The notes: generated from the sequence alone by a model not told the origin. Shown: positions 9,815-18,652, counted from the stretch's first letter. The stretch: DNA of 64,000 nt from a virus (IMGVR_UViG_3300042462_000200:1874-65873), one strand, 5' to 3'. Numbers and translations: made by a program.

Positions 9815-11134
9815 TTAGTATAAAGTTCCTACATACATAGGCGTAACGTAGTCATTTGCTACATAATTATTAAAGTACATTGAAATCGAATCGGAGCATC
9901 CAATTGTTTCAATAGTTATTTTGTTTGGATTTAATAATATAGAATCCGAGTTGGATGATGTATCTGCGAATGGACGCGAAAGATTTAATAATATATTGTC
10001 ATTACTTGATAGGGTTTCTATAATATTCTTATTAACATCATACTTAATTACATCAGTACCAGCTAAGGTATCAGCAATAATTCTGCTTGCGGAAAATTGT
10101 ATCGAAATATTATCGATAGTAGTACTTGTGTCACTTTTTGATGTACTAATATTACTACTAACGCTATCAGATGTGCTGGTCGAATCATTTATGAATTTGC
10201 CAATATCATTTTTAACTGTATCCGCAGTAGAAAGGGTATCTGAAAATACTTTTCCTAATACAAATGAAATTAAATCACTAGAATTTAATGTATCAATAAA
10301 ACCTCTAATGAATGATAATAATGTAATTACACTATCTCCAATACTTGCAGTATCTGCAATATTTTTACTTACATTATAATTAATTGCATCAGTATTTGAA
10401 ATATTATCTTGAATATTTTTACCAATAGCATTTACAGAGTTATCGCTTGCGCTACATGTTTCATTAAAGTTTTTACCAACGCCTGTCACCACCTGATCTA
10501 GTACTGGAGATAGGGTATCCGTAAATACTTTACCTACGTTATTAGAAATAATATCTGATAAATTAAAATCATCGTTATCATTCGCATAGACTATTTCCAT
10601 TAACGCGTCGCTGAATGAAAATTGATCAACAATAATTTTACTAAATGCTTTAGAAATAGTATCAGTTGGTGCAAATGTTTCGATAGGAATAGCTTTAGAT
10701 ATACCTAAATCAACAGTATCTTTAGTAAGAAAATCAGCTAGATAAGGGTCTTCTGCGTAACCGGATTCAAAGTAATCGAAGTTACCATGTTCCTCTTTAA
10801 CTATGTTAATATCTTTAGCAATTATTTCACTGACACTAACAGTGTCTAATGTAATTTTACCTATAGCTAATACGCTAAGATCACTAGCAGTGAAATTATC
10901 AACAGGGATAGACCGTGTTACATCTAAAGATACTATTTCACCAATATTGATATTTTCTTCAAGAGCCTCATAATACCCGCCATATCTGACAGGATCATTA
11001 ATATCATAAATAAAATCAGCAGATGTGAAAGCTGATTCTGTTATCGCAGTCGCTACTGTATAGTTAGTGGCTAAGGATTTCTGTGTTACGTTAGTTGTTA
11101 GCTTACCATAAATTAAATTAGTTTTTAATTTCAT
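9815..11134 (-). CDS. Repeat-rich putative virion protein
   Basis: Tandem ~19-aa D/S/T/I/K repeats (..GK.F.D....D..). Confidence 0.6.
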   Translation of the reverse strand: MKLKTNLIYGKLTTNVTQKSLATNYTVATAITESAFTSADFIYDINDPVRYGGYYEALEENINIGEIVSLDVTRSIPVDNFTASDLSVLAIGKITLDTVSVSEIIAKDINIVKEEHGNFDYFESGYAEDPYLADFLTKDTVDLGISKAIPIETFAPTDTISKAFSKIIVDQFSFSDALMEIVYANDNDDFNLSDIISNNVGKVFTDTLSPVLDQVVTGVGKNFNETCSASDNSVNAIGKNIQDNISNTDAINYNVSKNIADTASIGDSVITLLSFIRGFIDTLNSSDLISFVLGKVFSDTLSTADTVKNDIGKFINDSTSTSDSVSSNISTSKSDTSTTIDNISIQFSASRIIADTLAGTDVIKYDVNKNIIETLSSNDNILLNLSRPFADTSSNSDSILLNPNKITIETIGCSDSISMYFNNYVANDYVTPMYVGTLY

Positions 11135-11721
11135 ACGTCAGGTACAAGGTCAGTAAGGCTATATAAAAGCTCTACTGTACCTCTTACTGGTTTCCATGTT
11201 CTAACAAAATTAGATGGATTAGCCGGTTCTGTAACTCTTAATTCAAAGAATCCATATACAGGGCTATCTACTGTTGGACTCTTTTCCCATCCTGTAGATA
11301 TTGTACTAGGGAATCTGATGCTAATATCATTTAAATTAATATTTAACCATTTAGTAGATATTGCACTTGGAGTTTCATTGCCTGAAAGTAGTAAGAATTT
11401 ATAATAGAGGCCGTTGTATAAAACTACATCATCGTAATTATATGTATTTGTCGATACCCAATTAGTTGGTGTACGAGGCCTGACAACAGTTAGTGGTGTT
11501 TGAACACCATTTAACTTGATAGTCAATGGTGCTTCTGTTTGCCCATCTACATTTAAGGCTTCTAATAAAACAGCTTCAAATGTATAAGCAAGAGATGCAT
11601 CAGTAATAAAATTAAGTGTAATAGGAAATTCGAGTTGTTCACCTTTAACGAATGACCATAAAACACCACCACCATCTGTAATTAGATCATCTGTTGCACT
11701 ATTAAATTTGGATCTAGCCAT
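11131..11721 (-). CDS. Putative virion structural protein with a CBM5/12-like insert
   Basis: W.....Y...DVVLYNG..Y segment inside a 196-aa ORF coupled to its neighbours. Confidence 0.5.
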   Translation of the reverse strand: MARSKFNSATDDLITDGGGVLWSFVKGEQLEFPITLNFITDASLAYTFEAVLLEALNVDGQTEAPLTIKLNGVQTPLTVVRPRTPTNWVSTNTYNYDDVVLYNGLYYKFLLLSGNETPSAISTKWLNINLNDISIRFPSTISTGWEKSPTVDSPVYGFFELRVTEPANPSNFVRTWKPVRGTVELLYSLTDLVPDV

Positions 11722-12082
11722 TGCCCCTCCAATCTGTCTTATCAGCTTTTCTTTCTAGTTTATCGAGTATTTGATCTAATTTCTTTCCCAGGCTTTCACC
11801 TAGGGTTTTAAGATCTTCTTTACGAGCATATTGCGTAGCCATTTGAGTTTCTAAATCTTCTAACTTATCTAACTTTTTAGAGATATCTTGTAGCTGTTGA
11901 TTAAGTTCGACTTTCTTCACATAATCGTTAGCAATAAGGATTTTAACATCACTAATAGCCTTTGCAACAGAATCGTTATCTGCTTCTAACTTATTAAACT
12001 TAGACATAAGTAGCCCCAATGCGGCTGTGGCAATCGTGCCTCCAGCACTCAATACGACATTTACCCAATCTTGTGCTTCCAT
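11714..12082 (-). CDS. Single-TM coiled-coil protein (holin/hemolysin-like)
   Basis: AAGGA RBS then MEAQDWVNVVLSAGGTIATAALGLL; duplicated YVKKVEL/YARKEDL coiled-coil unit; the track start overlaps TerL and is unlikely. Confidence 0.5.
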   Translation of the reverse strand: MEAQDWVNVVLSAGGTIATAALGLLMSKFNKLEADNDSVAKAISDVKILIANDYVKKVELNQQLQDISKKLDKLEDLETQMATQYARKEDLKTLGESLGKKLDQILDKLERKADKTDWRGNG

Positions 12083-12092
12083 TTTATTATCC

Positions 12093-13052
12093 TTAAAAGT
12101 TGAAACCACGAGAAACCCGTTTCCCGCCCGTTTGTATTGGATAGAGGTATTCTGTGGCATATCTAATACCATCAGAAAAATGCTCTATACCTTCCGACTT
12201 ATCAATAGTCGCTATATCTAGATTACGGTCAGTCCATTTTGTTCTCTCTAATGATAAAATGGTACCGCTACATTTTGGATGCACATACAGGTCTATTTTA
12301 CCTGATGCGGTTTGTAACTTACGATTAACAGCTGCAACACTATCAACAATAGGAGGAGCTGCTCTATGCGCTTTACAAATAATCCCATTGGATTCTAGTA
12401 TACTGAAATCCGTTCGTCCCACCGGCGCAGAAGTCTTTCGAGATCTTCCTGATGGATCTGGGTATGCATAGATTTTGTGCCCTTCAAATTTGGTCTTAAG
12501 AGCGATAGCGAGGGCTTCAGTGTCTGGGTGTCCTTGCATCTCATCGATAAACTGCATCTGATGACCTCTGAGTGCGAATACACTAGAACATTGTCGCATG
12601 ACGTTAAAGTCGATACAGACATGTACATCTTCTCCTGGTTCAAAGTATTTTAAATGCCCATCTACATGTTTCTTTCTATCGAAACAATAAAAGACACTAT
12701 TACCAGATTCTGCAAATGAAGCCATATACTCTGATGCCCATGTTACAGGATCTAACTTATCCCTCAGTTTTTCAATTTCAACAGGATCTAAGAAAGGTGA
12801 CTGTAAATAATCATATTGCCAGAATCCCCAATCAGGATCAGACTCATGATACATACACATCTCATGAAAGAAGTTGTATCCTTTCGGTGTACTAATAAGT
12901 AAAGCTCTTCCAGGTGATTTAGCACCAACAGCTAATGCCCTTCTATTGCTCCAACGAGTTGCAATAGTAGGCTGTATTACGGACTGCCATGCCTCCTCAG
13001 CACTAATGCCTTTAGTACAAGAAGAGACTTCGTCCCAGACAACGAAGTATGC
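12093..13052 (-). CDS. terL: Terminase large subunit, exon 2
   Basis: Walker B YFVVWDE, ISTPKGYN, nuclease CIDFN, YPDPSG, HFSDGIRY; joins exon 1 in frame after splicing (442 aa total). Confidence 0.92.
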   Translation of the reverse strand, partial: AYFVVWDEVSSCTKGISAEEAWQSVIQPTIATRWSNRRALAVGAKSPGRALLISTPKGYNFFHEMCMYHESDPDWGFWQYDYLQSPFLDPVEIEKLRDKLDPVTWASEYMASFAESGNSVFYCFDRKKHVDGHLKYFEPGEDVHVCIDFNVMRQCSSVFALRGHQMQFIDEMQGHPDTEALAIALKTKFEGHKIYAYPDPSGRSRKTSAPVGRTDFSILESNGIICKAHRAAPPIVDSVAAVNRKLQTASGKIDLYVHPKCSGTILSLERTKWTDRNLDIATIDKSEGIEHFSDGIRYATEYLYPIQTGGKRVSRGFNF

Positions 13053-14000
13053 CATTGTGTTCAACAAAGGTCGTTAATCTCTGCCAGTTTTCTTTGCCGA
13101 TTTGTTAGTAGTTAATCCAAGTTTTACCTTGGCGTATTTGGTTTATTGTGCCTCTTGCAACATTAAAATGACGTCCTATTTCCGCATCATTTTTACTATC
13201 CTTAAACATTTGTCGAATAGTAGGAATGTCCGTTGGTGATAATTTCTTAACAGGATTAGCGGATAATAAAGGCAATGGATATGTAGCTATATGTTTCCAT
13301 ATCTTACCTAAACGGATACTGCTTATAGTACCTGAAGAAATATTATATTCATTGGCTAAAATATAATCAAGTTCACCATTTATCATCCTAGCTCTAATTG
13401 TAATAACATCATCTTCTGATAATCTGCGATTAGGTCTTAATAATCCTGTATCATATGCATGTTTAATATTCTCTGAGCCTGTCACCCACTCTAAGTTAGT
13501 TACATAATTATTTTGTTTATTACCATCAATATGATTAACTTGTGGCTTACCCTCTGGATTATCAATAAACAATGCTGCAACTAATCTGTGGACTCTGTGT
13601 CTTTCTCTAATACCATCATAAAATAGATCTACACATAAATAGCTTCTATTATTAGGAAATGGTTTTAATAATTCGTTATTTGAATTATAAATATTACCAA
13701 AATTGCTTATAGTATATTGTGTATCTTTAAATCTTTTAAATTCTTCTTTCATTGTAAATTTCACATGTACTCGGCAAAGTACTTCTATATATTACTATAT
13801 AGATCAGACTATATCTTAACATAATAAATTATGTCTTCCGCTTTTCGAGATCACTTGACCTCTATGAATTTCATCATCTGTTCTAGATGGTATATTCTAG
13901 TCGTTGAACCTTCAAAGTCTTCCCAGACTAGGCTTGGCTGCTGATTGTCCTTAAAGAGGAGTTTCCAGCAATTAACGGAATTTTACAAGGGCACTTGTTT
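13053..14000 (-). mobile_element. Group I self-splicing intron in terL (948 nt)
   Basis: 5' splice site after U in P1 (AAGGGU/GCCCUU, U-G wobble); P AAUUGCUGGAAA (13962-13973), Q AAUCAGCAGC (13937-13946), R GUUCAACGACUAGA (13896-13909), S AAGAUAUAGUC (13807-13817); P3 UUCCG/CGGAA; terminal G at 13053; splicing restores ERMRGKG-AYFVVWDE. Confidence 0.95.
13105..13764 (-). CDS. Intron-encoded HNH homing endonuclease
   Basis: Y.ISNFGNI (NUMOD4-like), VHRLVA..FI, VNHIDGNKQNN..NLEWVT..EN (HNH_3), two C-terminal HTH-like repeats. Confidence 0.92.
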   Translation of the reverse strand: MKFTMKEEFKRFKDTQYTISNFGNIYNSNNELLKPFPNNRSYLCVDLFYDGIRERHRVHRLVAALFIDNPEGKPQVNHIDGNKQNNYVTNLEWVTGSENIKHAYDTGLLRPNRRLSEDDVITIRARMINGELDYILANEYNISSGTISSIRLGKIWKHIATYPLPLLSANPVKKLSPTDIPTIRQMFKDSKNDAEIGRHFNVARGTINQIRQGKTWINY

Positions 14001-14369
14001 ACCCTTACCACGCATACGTTCAACCGATTCGTACGAGAGTAGTATTAACTCTACATTACTAGGAAATAAGAACCGTCCTGTATCGCGAGATGCTTTAATT
14101 GCATAATGCTCCATCCCAAGATCATAATGGATTAGCGGATAATAAATATCTTTTACCTGATCAAAGGTAGGAGCAATAATATATACCTTTTTATTAGGCA
14201 CATTAGCTGGTAATTCGAGTAGTTCGAACACAGCAGATATAGCAGCTACAGCAGCCTTATAGGACTTGCCCCAGCCACGAGCACAACACACAGTGGCATA
14301 TCTAACACTACGCTCAATAAATAAAGCACGATAAATTTCTGATTGTGCTGGATGTAATTCAATGGCCAT
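14001..14369 (-). CDS. terL: Terminase large subunit, exon 1
   Basis: LHPAQ Q-motif, Walker A CARGWGKS, IIAPTFDQ; ends ...ERMRGKG at the intron. Confidence 0.92.
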
Positions 14370-14541
14370 GAATAATCTCCAAGGCATCCGCTAATAATCT
14401 TAATAACGTAATGGCCATTACTAGTACTATCCAGCTGGATGTACTGAGCCATATACTTGATAGTACAATAATTATATTGAGGAACATACTTGGTACCATA
14501 TATAAAGAAAAGAATTTAAGACGCAAATAGAGAGCATCCAT
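14359..14541 (-). CDS. Small hydrophobic hypothetical protein
   Basis: 60 aa with two hydrophobic stretches, between terS and terL. Confidence 0.3.
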   Translation of the reverse strand: MDALYLRLKFFSLYMVPSMFLNIIIVLSSIWLSTSSWIVLVMAITLLRLLADALEIIHGH

Positions 14542-14607
14542 TTAAGGGCACGATCAGTTACTTCAGGCACATAAAGAGAATAAGCAATAAAAGACATATA
14601 GTACAAA

Positions 14608-15003
14608 CTAATCGCTATCAGTAGATATGTCATGTGTCTCTCCTATGACGTATTGATCGCCTTCTTTGTTTAAATTAATAATTAATGGTACACGTTCTTG
14701 TGTTGTGTCATCATGTAGTTCAGGCACTCTACCGTACCCGTATCGAAGGAGCTTTTCACCGATTGTAGTTAACTTATCGTAGAGATTCATATGAACCTGC
14801 TGGTCATATGTACGTACTTTGCCAGTAGATGTCAAAGGTACAATAATATTGGCTCTCCAATCATTATAGAATTCTATTTGTTGCTCTATCTCACGATATT
14901 TAGTAACTAATTCCACGATCGGATCGAATCTCAACTCATTAAGTTTGTGTACAGCCGCATGACCTCCCTTCTTTATTTGATGGATTCTTGTCATTGCATT
15001 CAT
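14608..15003 (-). CDS. terS: Putative terminase small subunit
   Basis: 131-aa helical protein directly upstream of terL; FDPI..LV and LLRYGY.RVP motifs. Confidence 0.6.
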   Translation of the reverse strand: MNAMTRIHQIKKGGHAAVHKLNELRFDPIVELVTKYREIEQQIEFYNDWRANIIVPLTSTGKVRTYDQQVHMNLYDKLTTIGEKLLRYGYGRVPELHDDTTQERVPLIINLNKEGDQYVIGETHDISTDSD

Positions 15004-15066
15004 ACAAACCTCTAGTTTTTCAGTAAGATAGCACTTTTCGTAGTACTATTCTTTATTTTTAAAATA

Positions 15067-15083
15067 AGGGTTAATTTAACGGG
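15067..15083 (-). promoter_or_regulatory. Motif A copy (CCCGTTAAATTAACCC)
   Basis: Invariant 16-mer seen five times, always intergenic; this copy is upstream of terS. Confidence 0.7.
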
Positions 15084-15147
15084 TTCCATTAAAGGTACCT
15101 TTTAAGTATATTATTATAATAAGAATTATAATTCAGGGGGGACGTAA

Positions 15148-15164
15148 AGGGTTAATTTAACGGG
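15148..15164 (-). promoter_or_regulatory. Motif A copy
   Basis: Invariant 16-mer; flank AGAATTATAAT.CAGGGGGGACG shared with the 38857 copy. Confidence 0.7.
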
Positions 15165-15166
15165 GT

Positions 15167-15394
15167 CTAGTCATCGTACGGAATCAATTCCCATTTATGA
15201 TCCGTTCTAGCCTCAAACTCTTTACGCGCTTTGTATGCTTTATGTGGGCACTCAAAAGAGCCAATATATTTCTTTTCAATTCTAAACTTTTGTACTATTC
15301 TAGTATCTGCTATCCACTTGCATCTTTTAGTATGCCAAAAGACTCCCTTATAAGGAGACGTAATATCACCATCTTTACTGTGTTCTGAGACCAT
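15167..15394 (-). CDS. Stand-alone AP2-domain protein
   Basis: S.YKGVFW....KWIA.......YIGSF.....A.KAR..FE AP2 signature; no HNH domain. Confidence 0.7.
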   Translation of the reverse strand: MVSEHSKDGDITSPYKGVFWHTKRCKWIADTRIVQKFRIEKKYIGSFECPHKAYKARKEFEARTDHKWELIPYDD

Positions 15395-15530
15395 TGTTAA
15401 AGAATTCTCCGTATAGCGATTCTACCCAGGCCAAATGAGCTTCATATTCATTATCAAACTTACCGATATAATAAGTTTTATTATGGTACCTTATTTGGGC
15501 TATCCAAATTTTGCGTGTTTTATGGCTCAT
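15375..15530 (-). CDS. Stand-alone AP2-like protein (51 aa)
   Basis: AAGGA RBS; MSHKTRKIWIAQIRYHNKTYYIGKFDNEYEAHLAW...YGEF; below the ORF-track cutoff. Confidence 0.6.
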   Translation of the reverse strand: MSHKTRKIWIAQIRYHNKTYYIGKFDNEYEAHLAWVESLYGEFFNNGLRTQ

Positions 15531-15547
15531 ATAATATCCTTAAAGCG

Positions 15548-15627
15548 AAAAAAAAAATAAGGGGGAATCCCTCCCTACCCTCCCAAATGAACACCCGAAG
15601 GCATCCAAATGAGAGAGTAGAGAGGAG
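15548..15627 (-). terminator. Long cUUCGg hairpin followed by a U-run
   Basis: ~27-bp stem with many G-U pairs that form only on the minus-strand RNA, then U10. Confidence 0.75.
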
Positions 15628-15631
15628 TTAA

Positions 15632-15997
15632 TTAATTAGGAATTAGATTGCGCGAATCATCGCCTGATACGTCAGCATAGATATGACCTTCAATTGTAAA
15701 GCTTTCACAATGCGCATTATTTTTATTAATATTACGCACAGCTAAAATAGGGTATCTAACGTTACCTTCACAAATACTAACAATTGTATATTTAGTACCT
15801 ATACCATCTTTAACGGTCTCACCTAAGCTAAACTTAGGGACTAGCCTTAATTCTCTAAGAGAGTACCATGCAGCAGAAGAAGATGAATCTTCTTCTTTAA
15901 ACACACACAAATAAGTTGAAAAATCAGGCGTTTTGTCAATATACGCAATTACGCCTTTCTCATCTTCTTTATTTAAAATTACGTCGCCAACTCTCAT
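15632..15997 (-). CDS. Hypothetical protein, repeated ~60-aa domain family
   Basis: C-terminal half has G..Y.I....YPI...F..EG....NL, shared with neighbouring genes. Confidence 0.6.
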   Translation of the reverse strand: MRVGDVILNKEDEKGVIAYIDKTPDFSTYLCVFKEEDSSSSAAWYSLRELRLVPKFSLGETVKDGIGTKYTIVSICEGNVRYPILAVRNINKNNAHCESFTIEGHIYADVSGDDSRNLIPN

Positions 15998-16368
15998 AGT
16001 ACTTCCTCAATTAAATCAAAAGATGCAAAACTACAATCGTGATGATAATGGCCTGTAATACTGTACCAACTGGCACATTCTTTTTTATCCTCTCTAAACA
16101 CACCTAAACAAGGCATCTGGTCATTCTCATCAGAAGCAATATAAACAATTCTAACAATTCTGCCTGCACGATCTTTATAGAGATGATTAGGTTCTAATCT
16201 TACTGGCATTAAGATATCAGCACCTGCAACACTCTTACCATTGAGTCGATACCAATGTAGGTCTCCATTAAATAGGTTAACACCTACCAGTCTATCATCC
16301 TGTTCATGCACAGTTTTAATACGATGATTGTTAGAATCATAATAAACTTTATCTAATTGTAGCATCAT
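15994..16368 (-). CDS. Hypothetical protein, two copies of the ~60-aa domain
   Basis: YKDRAGRIVRI...PCLGV...WY..TG...DLIEE. Confidence 0.65.
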   Translation of the reverse strand: MMLQLDKVYYDSNNHRIKTVHEQDDRLVGVNLFNGDLHWYRLNGKSVAGADILMPVRLEPNHLYKDRAGRIVRIVYIASDENDQMPCLGVFREDKKECASWYSITGHYHHDCSFASFDLIEEVL

Positions 16369-16559
16369 CTTAGTCCCATTGCAATTTCAATTTTAGCTAG
16401 ATCTTCATCATTTAACAAATAGGTTGACCAAGCATTAACCTCATCATATGAAATCCTTACAGAGAAATTCTTTCCACATTTTGAAATACATACTTCTGAT
16501 ATTCTATCAAGGTTAATCAATACATTAGTCCCTTGATCTGTGACTTTTATAAAGTTCAT
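16365..16559 (-). CDS. Hypothetical protein
   Basis: GGAG RBS then MNFIKVT...INLDRI. Confidence 0.5.
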   Translation of the reverse strand: MNFIKVTDQGTNVLINLDRISEVCISKCGKNFSVRISYDEVNAWSTYLLNDEDLAKIEIAMGLR

Positions 16560-16560
16560 T

Positions 16561-16872
16561 TTATTTTCTCCCCGCATCAATAATTTCCATATAAGGATTG
16601 TATTCACTCTCTGCAATAATCTCAAACTTACGATTATCTAGAAATTTAATTGTGGCAAATGTATTACTAAATACCTTGGACATACCTTTCGGCAAATATC
16701 CAATAAACACAAATTTATCTACTTCATGATCCAATGCTAATACCTTAACAGCATTTGGATCAAACTCATTCTTAGGCTCTCTTTGGAGTAATCCTAAATT
16801 ACCAGCTTGTATTCTATAATAAAACTGTTGAACACCTTCTGGCCTAAATGTGATACCTACTACCGAGTACAT
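16561..16872 (-). CDS. HIRAN-domain protein
   Basis: VVGITFR, LQREPKNEFDPNAVKV, IGYLPK. Confidence 0.85.
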   Translation of the reverse strand: MYSVVGITFRPEGVQQFYYRIQAGNLGLLQREPKNEFDPNAVKVLALDHEVDKFVFIGYLPKGMSKVFSNTFATIKFLDNRKFEIIAESEYNPYMEIIDAGRK

Positions 16873-17040
16873 AATAATTTCCCAAATCTATGTGTTGTTG
16901 CAAGTCCACCGAGAATATCATGTCGCTTCTCAGTAATTAATTGTACTTTACACTTACCTTTGCCTATCCACTTGACATCAGCATGTGCTGTTGTAATACA
17001 TAAAATAAATAGTAATAGTAGTTTGATAATATTCTCCGTT

Positions 17041-17070
17041 AAAAACCCCTCAACCATAAAGGTCAAGGGG
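17041..17070 (-). terminator. Intrinsic (T7 Tphi-like) terminator
   Basis: CCCCUUGACC-UUUAU-GGUUGAGGGG-UUUUU. Confidence 0.75.
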
Positions 17071-17083
17071 TCTTATTAATTTA

Positions 17084-17659
17084 TTATTGTGCAGCGCGTT
17101 TTGCTAATAATGCTTCTACAGCATCTGGGCCTTCTGCAGTTGCAGCTTCCATTTCAGCTTTTTCAGCACGCCATTTAGCTAAACCAGCAACAGCTTTTTC
17201 TGATACTTCACGTTTCTCAACGCCAGCTTTATAGCCTTCTAATACTGCTTTTTGGTTTTCTACTACCCAACCAGCTAATTCAGCATTTTCAGAAGCTTTA
17301 AAGATAATGCTAGTAGCTTCAGTAGTCTTTTCTTCTGGTGACATACGTTTAACGGTAGGCCATCTGAATGATTCACGAACAGCTTCTAAGTTATCGAACA
17401 AGAAGCCTGATGTTAACTCAGCCAATGCCTTATCTAATTTAGCATAGTCAGATTTAGTTACACGTCTAATTGTACCGGTTTCGAATGCGGCTTCAACCAC
17501 TTCCTGATTTTCAACTAACCAACCGGATAACTCTTGATTGTTATTTGTTAAGTCTAGGAATGCTTTCAAGATCAAAGGACGACGAATGAACGCTTGTGCT
17601 TCTGCTTTACTTGCAAAGATTTTTCCATCAATAACGAAAGCTTGTTGAATTTGTGACAT
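17084..17659 (-). CDS. Hypothetical protein, probably highly expressed
   Basis: 191 aa with strong codon bias and TTGGAG RBS; sits alone between a motif A copy and a terminator; internal repeat ELSGWLVENQE/ELAGWVVENQK. Confidence 0.75.
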   Translation of the reverse strand: MSQIQQAFVIDGKIFASKAEAQAFIRRPLILKAFLDLTNNNQELSGWLVENQEVVEAAFETGTIRRVTKSDYAKLDKALAELTSGFLFDNLEAVRESFRWPTVKRMSPEEKTTEATSIIFKASENAELAGWVVENQKAVLEGYKAGVEKREVSEKAVAGLAKWRAEKAEMEAATAEGPDAVEALLAKRAAQ

Positions 17660-17720
17660 GATAATACTCCAATAATAAAATAATTAAATATGTGTGTTTT
17701 CTATCTTCGTTTTTGAAAAT

Positions 17721-17737
17721 AGGGTTAATTTAACGGG
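17721..17737 (-). promoter_or_regulatory. Motif A copy
   Basis: Invariant 16-mer; downstream flank similar to the 15067 copy. Confidence 0.7.
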
Positions 17738-17786
17738 GTTGGACACACGCGTTAAAACCAACACCCGTCAAAGGGTACAAAATTTG

Positions 17787-18458
17787 CTACAGAGTGACGC
17801 GCTCTGCGCCGACTGCCGCAGGGTCTGGCTGGTGTAATGCCCTGCCCACGGTTGCCACGCCTGCCCCTGCCTGCGCGGGAAATTCGATGCCTGCCGTCCA
17901 GTTTTGAAGCGGTGTGAAATCGATGTCTAGGCACGACTGTTCATTTCCGACTTGATAAAAGCCGCCTTCAACACTCCATGTAGATGACTTCCATTCACCA
18001 TCTGAAAGGTATGCGCCATGTATTTCATTAGGGTACCTTTCGTATATCTTAATAGGAGTACCATTACGTGCACGCAAATGATCAGTAGATACTTTTACAA
18101 GATCTAAATTACCCTCACAGCATATATCATAAATCCCCTCTTCTGTCCAGCAACGTAAATCCCAAGTATCATTTCTTTGGGAAAGGCCGACAATCGGGTA
18201 ATCCCTACTAGGAGCCCTAGCAATAATTACTACTTTAGTTCCGCCTTTTGTTAAATAAGTTGCATTCAAATCAAACATATAAATCTCCTCAACTAAGTCG
18301 TTAACATGATTAGGGTGGTTTCTCAGGTATATACCTTCAGGTGTATATGAGCAGTCTTGGCTATCAATAAAAGGATATATCTCTCCCCCAAGCTCTTCTA
18401 CAATCTCAATTATAGAGCCTTTACGATTTTTGTATTTACCGCCTACTTTTAATTTCAT
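17787..18458 (-). CDS. Hypothetical protein, three copies of the ~60-aa domain
   Basis: KYKNRKG..YP..YTPEG..DLVE / YLTKGG..YPIVG..WTEEG..DLV / RARNG..IHGA..WSVEG..LDI. Confidence 0.7.
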   Translation of the reverse strand: MKLKVGGKYKNRKGSIIEIVEELGGEIYPFIDSQDCSYTPEGIYLRNHPNHVNDLVEEIYMFDLNATYLTKGGTKVVIIARAPSRDYPIVGLSQRNDTWDLRCWTEEGIYDICCEGNLDLVKVSTDHLRARNGTPIKIYERYPNEIHGAYLSDGEWKSSTWSVEGGFYQVGNEQSCLDIDFTPLQNWTAGIEFPAQAGAGVATVGRALHQPDPAAVGAERVTL

Positions 18459-18652
18459 TTTCTTACCACCCCTTGCGCTGGATCAGATAACTCTACTAAT
18501 TCGTAGATGTGCTTTCCATCGATGATTACACCACCGATGTTTGTTTGGTGTACTAAGCGATAGCCATCATAGCTAAAGCTAGTAACAATCATTGATATTG
18601 CAACAGCTATCATAACCCCTATTGCAAATGCCATTACTTCTCTGTTTGTCAT
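18455..18652 (-). CDS. Small single-TM protein
   Basis: N-terminal hydrophobic helix; ATGA-coupled. Confidence 0.55.
   Translation of the reverse strand: MTNREVMAFAIGVMIAVAISMIVTSFSYDGYRLVHQTNIGGVIIDGKHIYELVELSDPAQGVVRK

Noticed and set aside
13053-14000. Intein, frameshift or two-gene explanation for the split terL
   Set aside because: In-frame stop in the insert, no intein Cys/His-Asn ends, and full group I RNA signatures present
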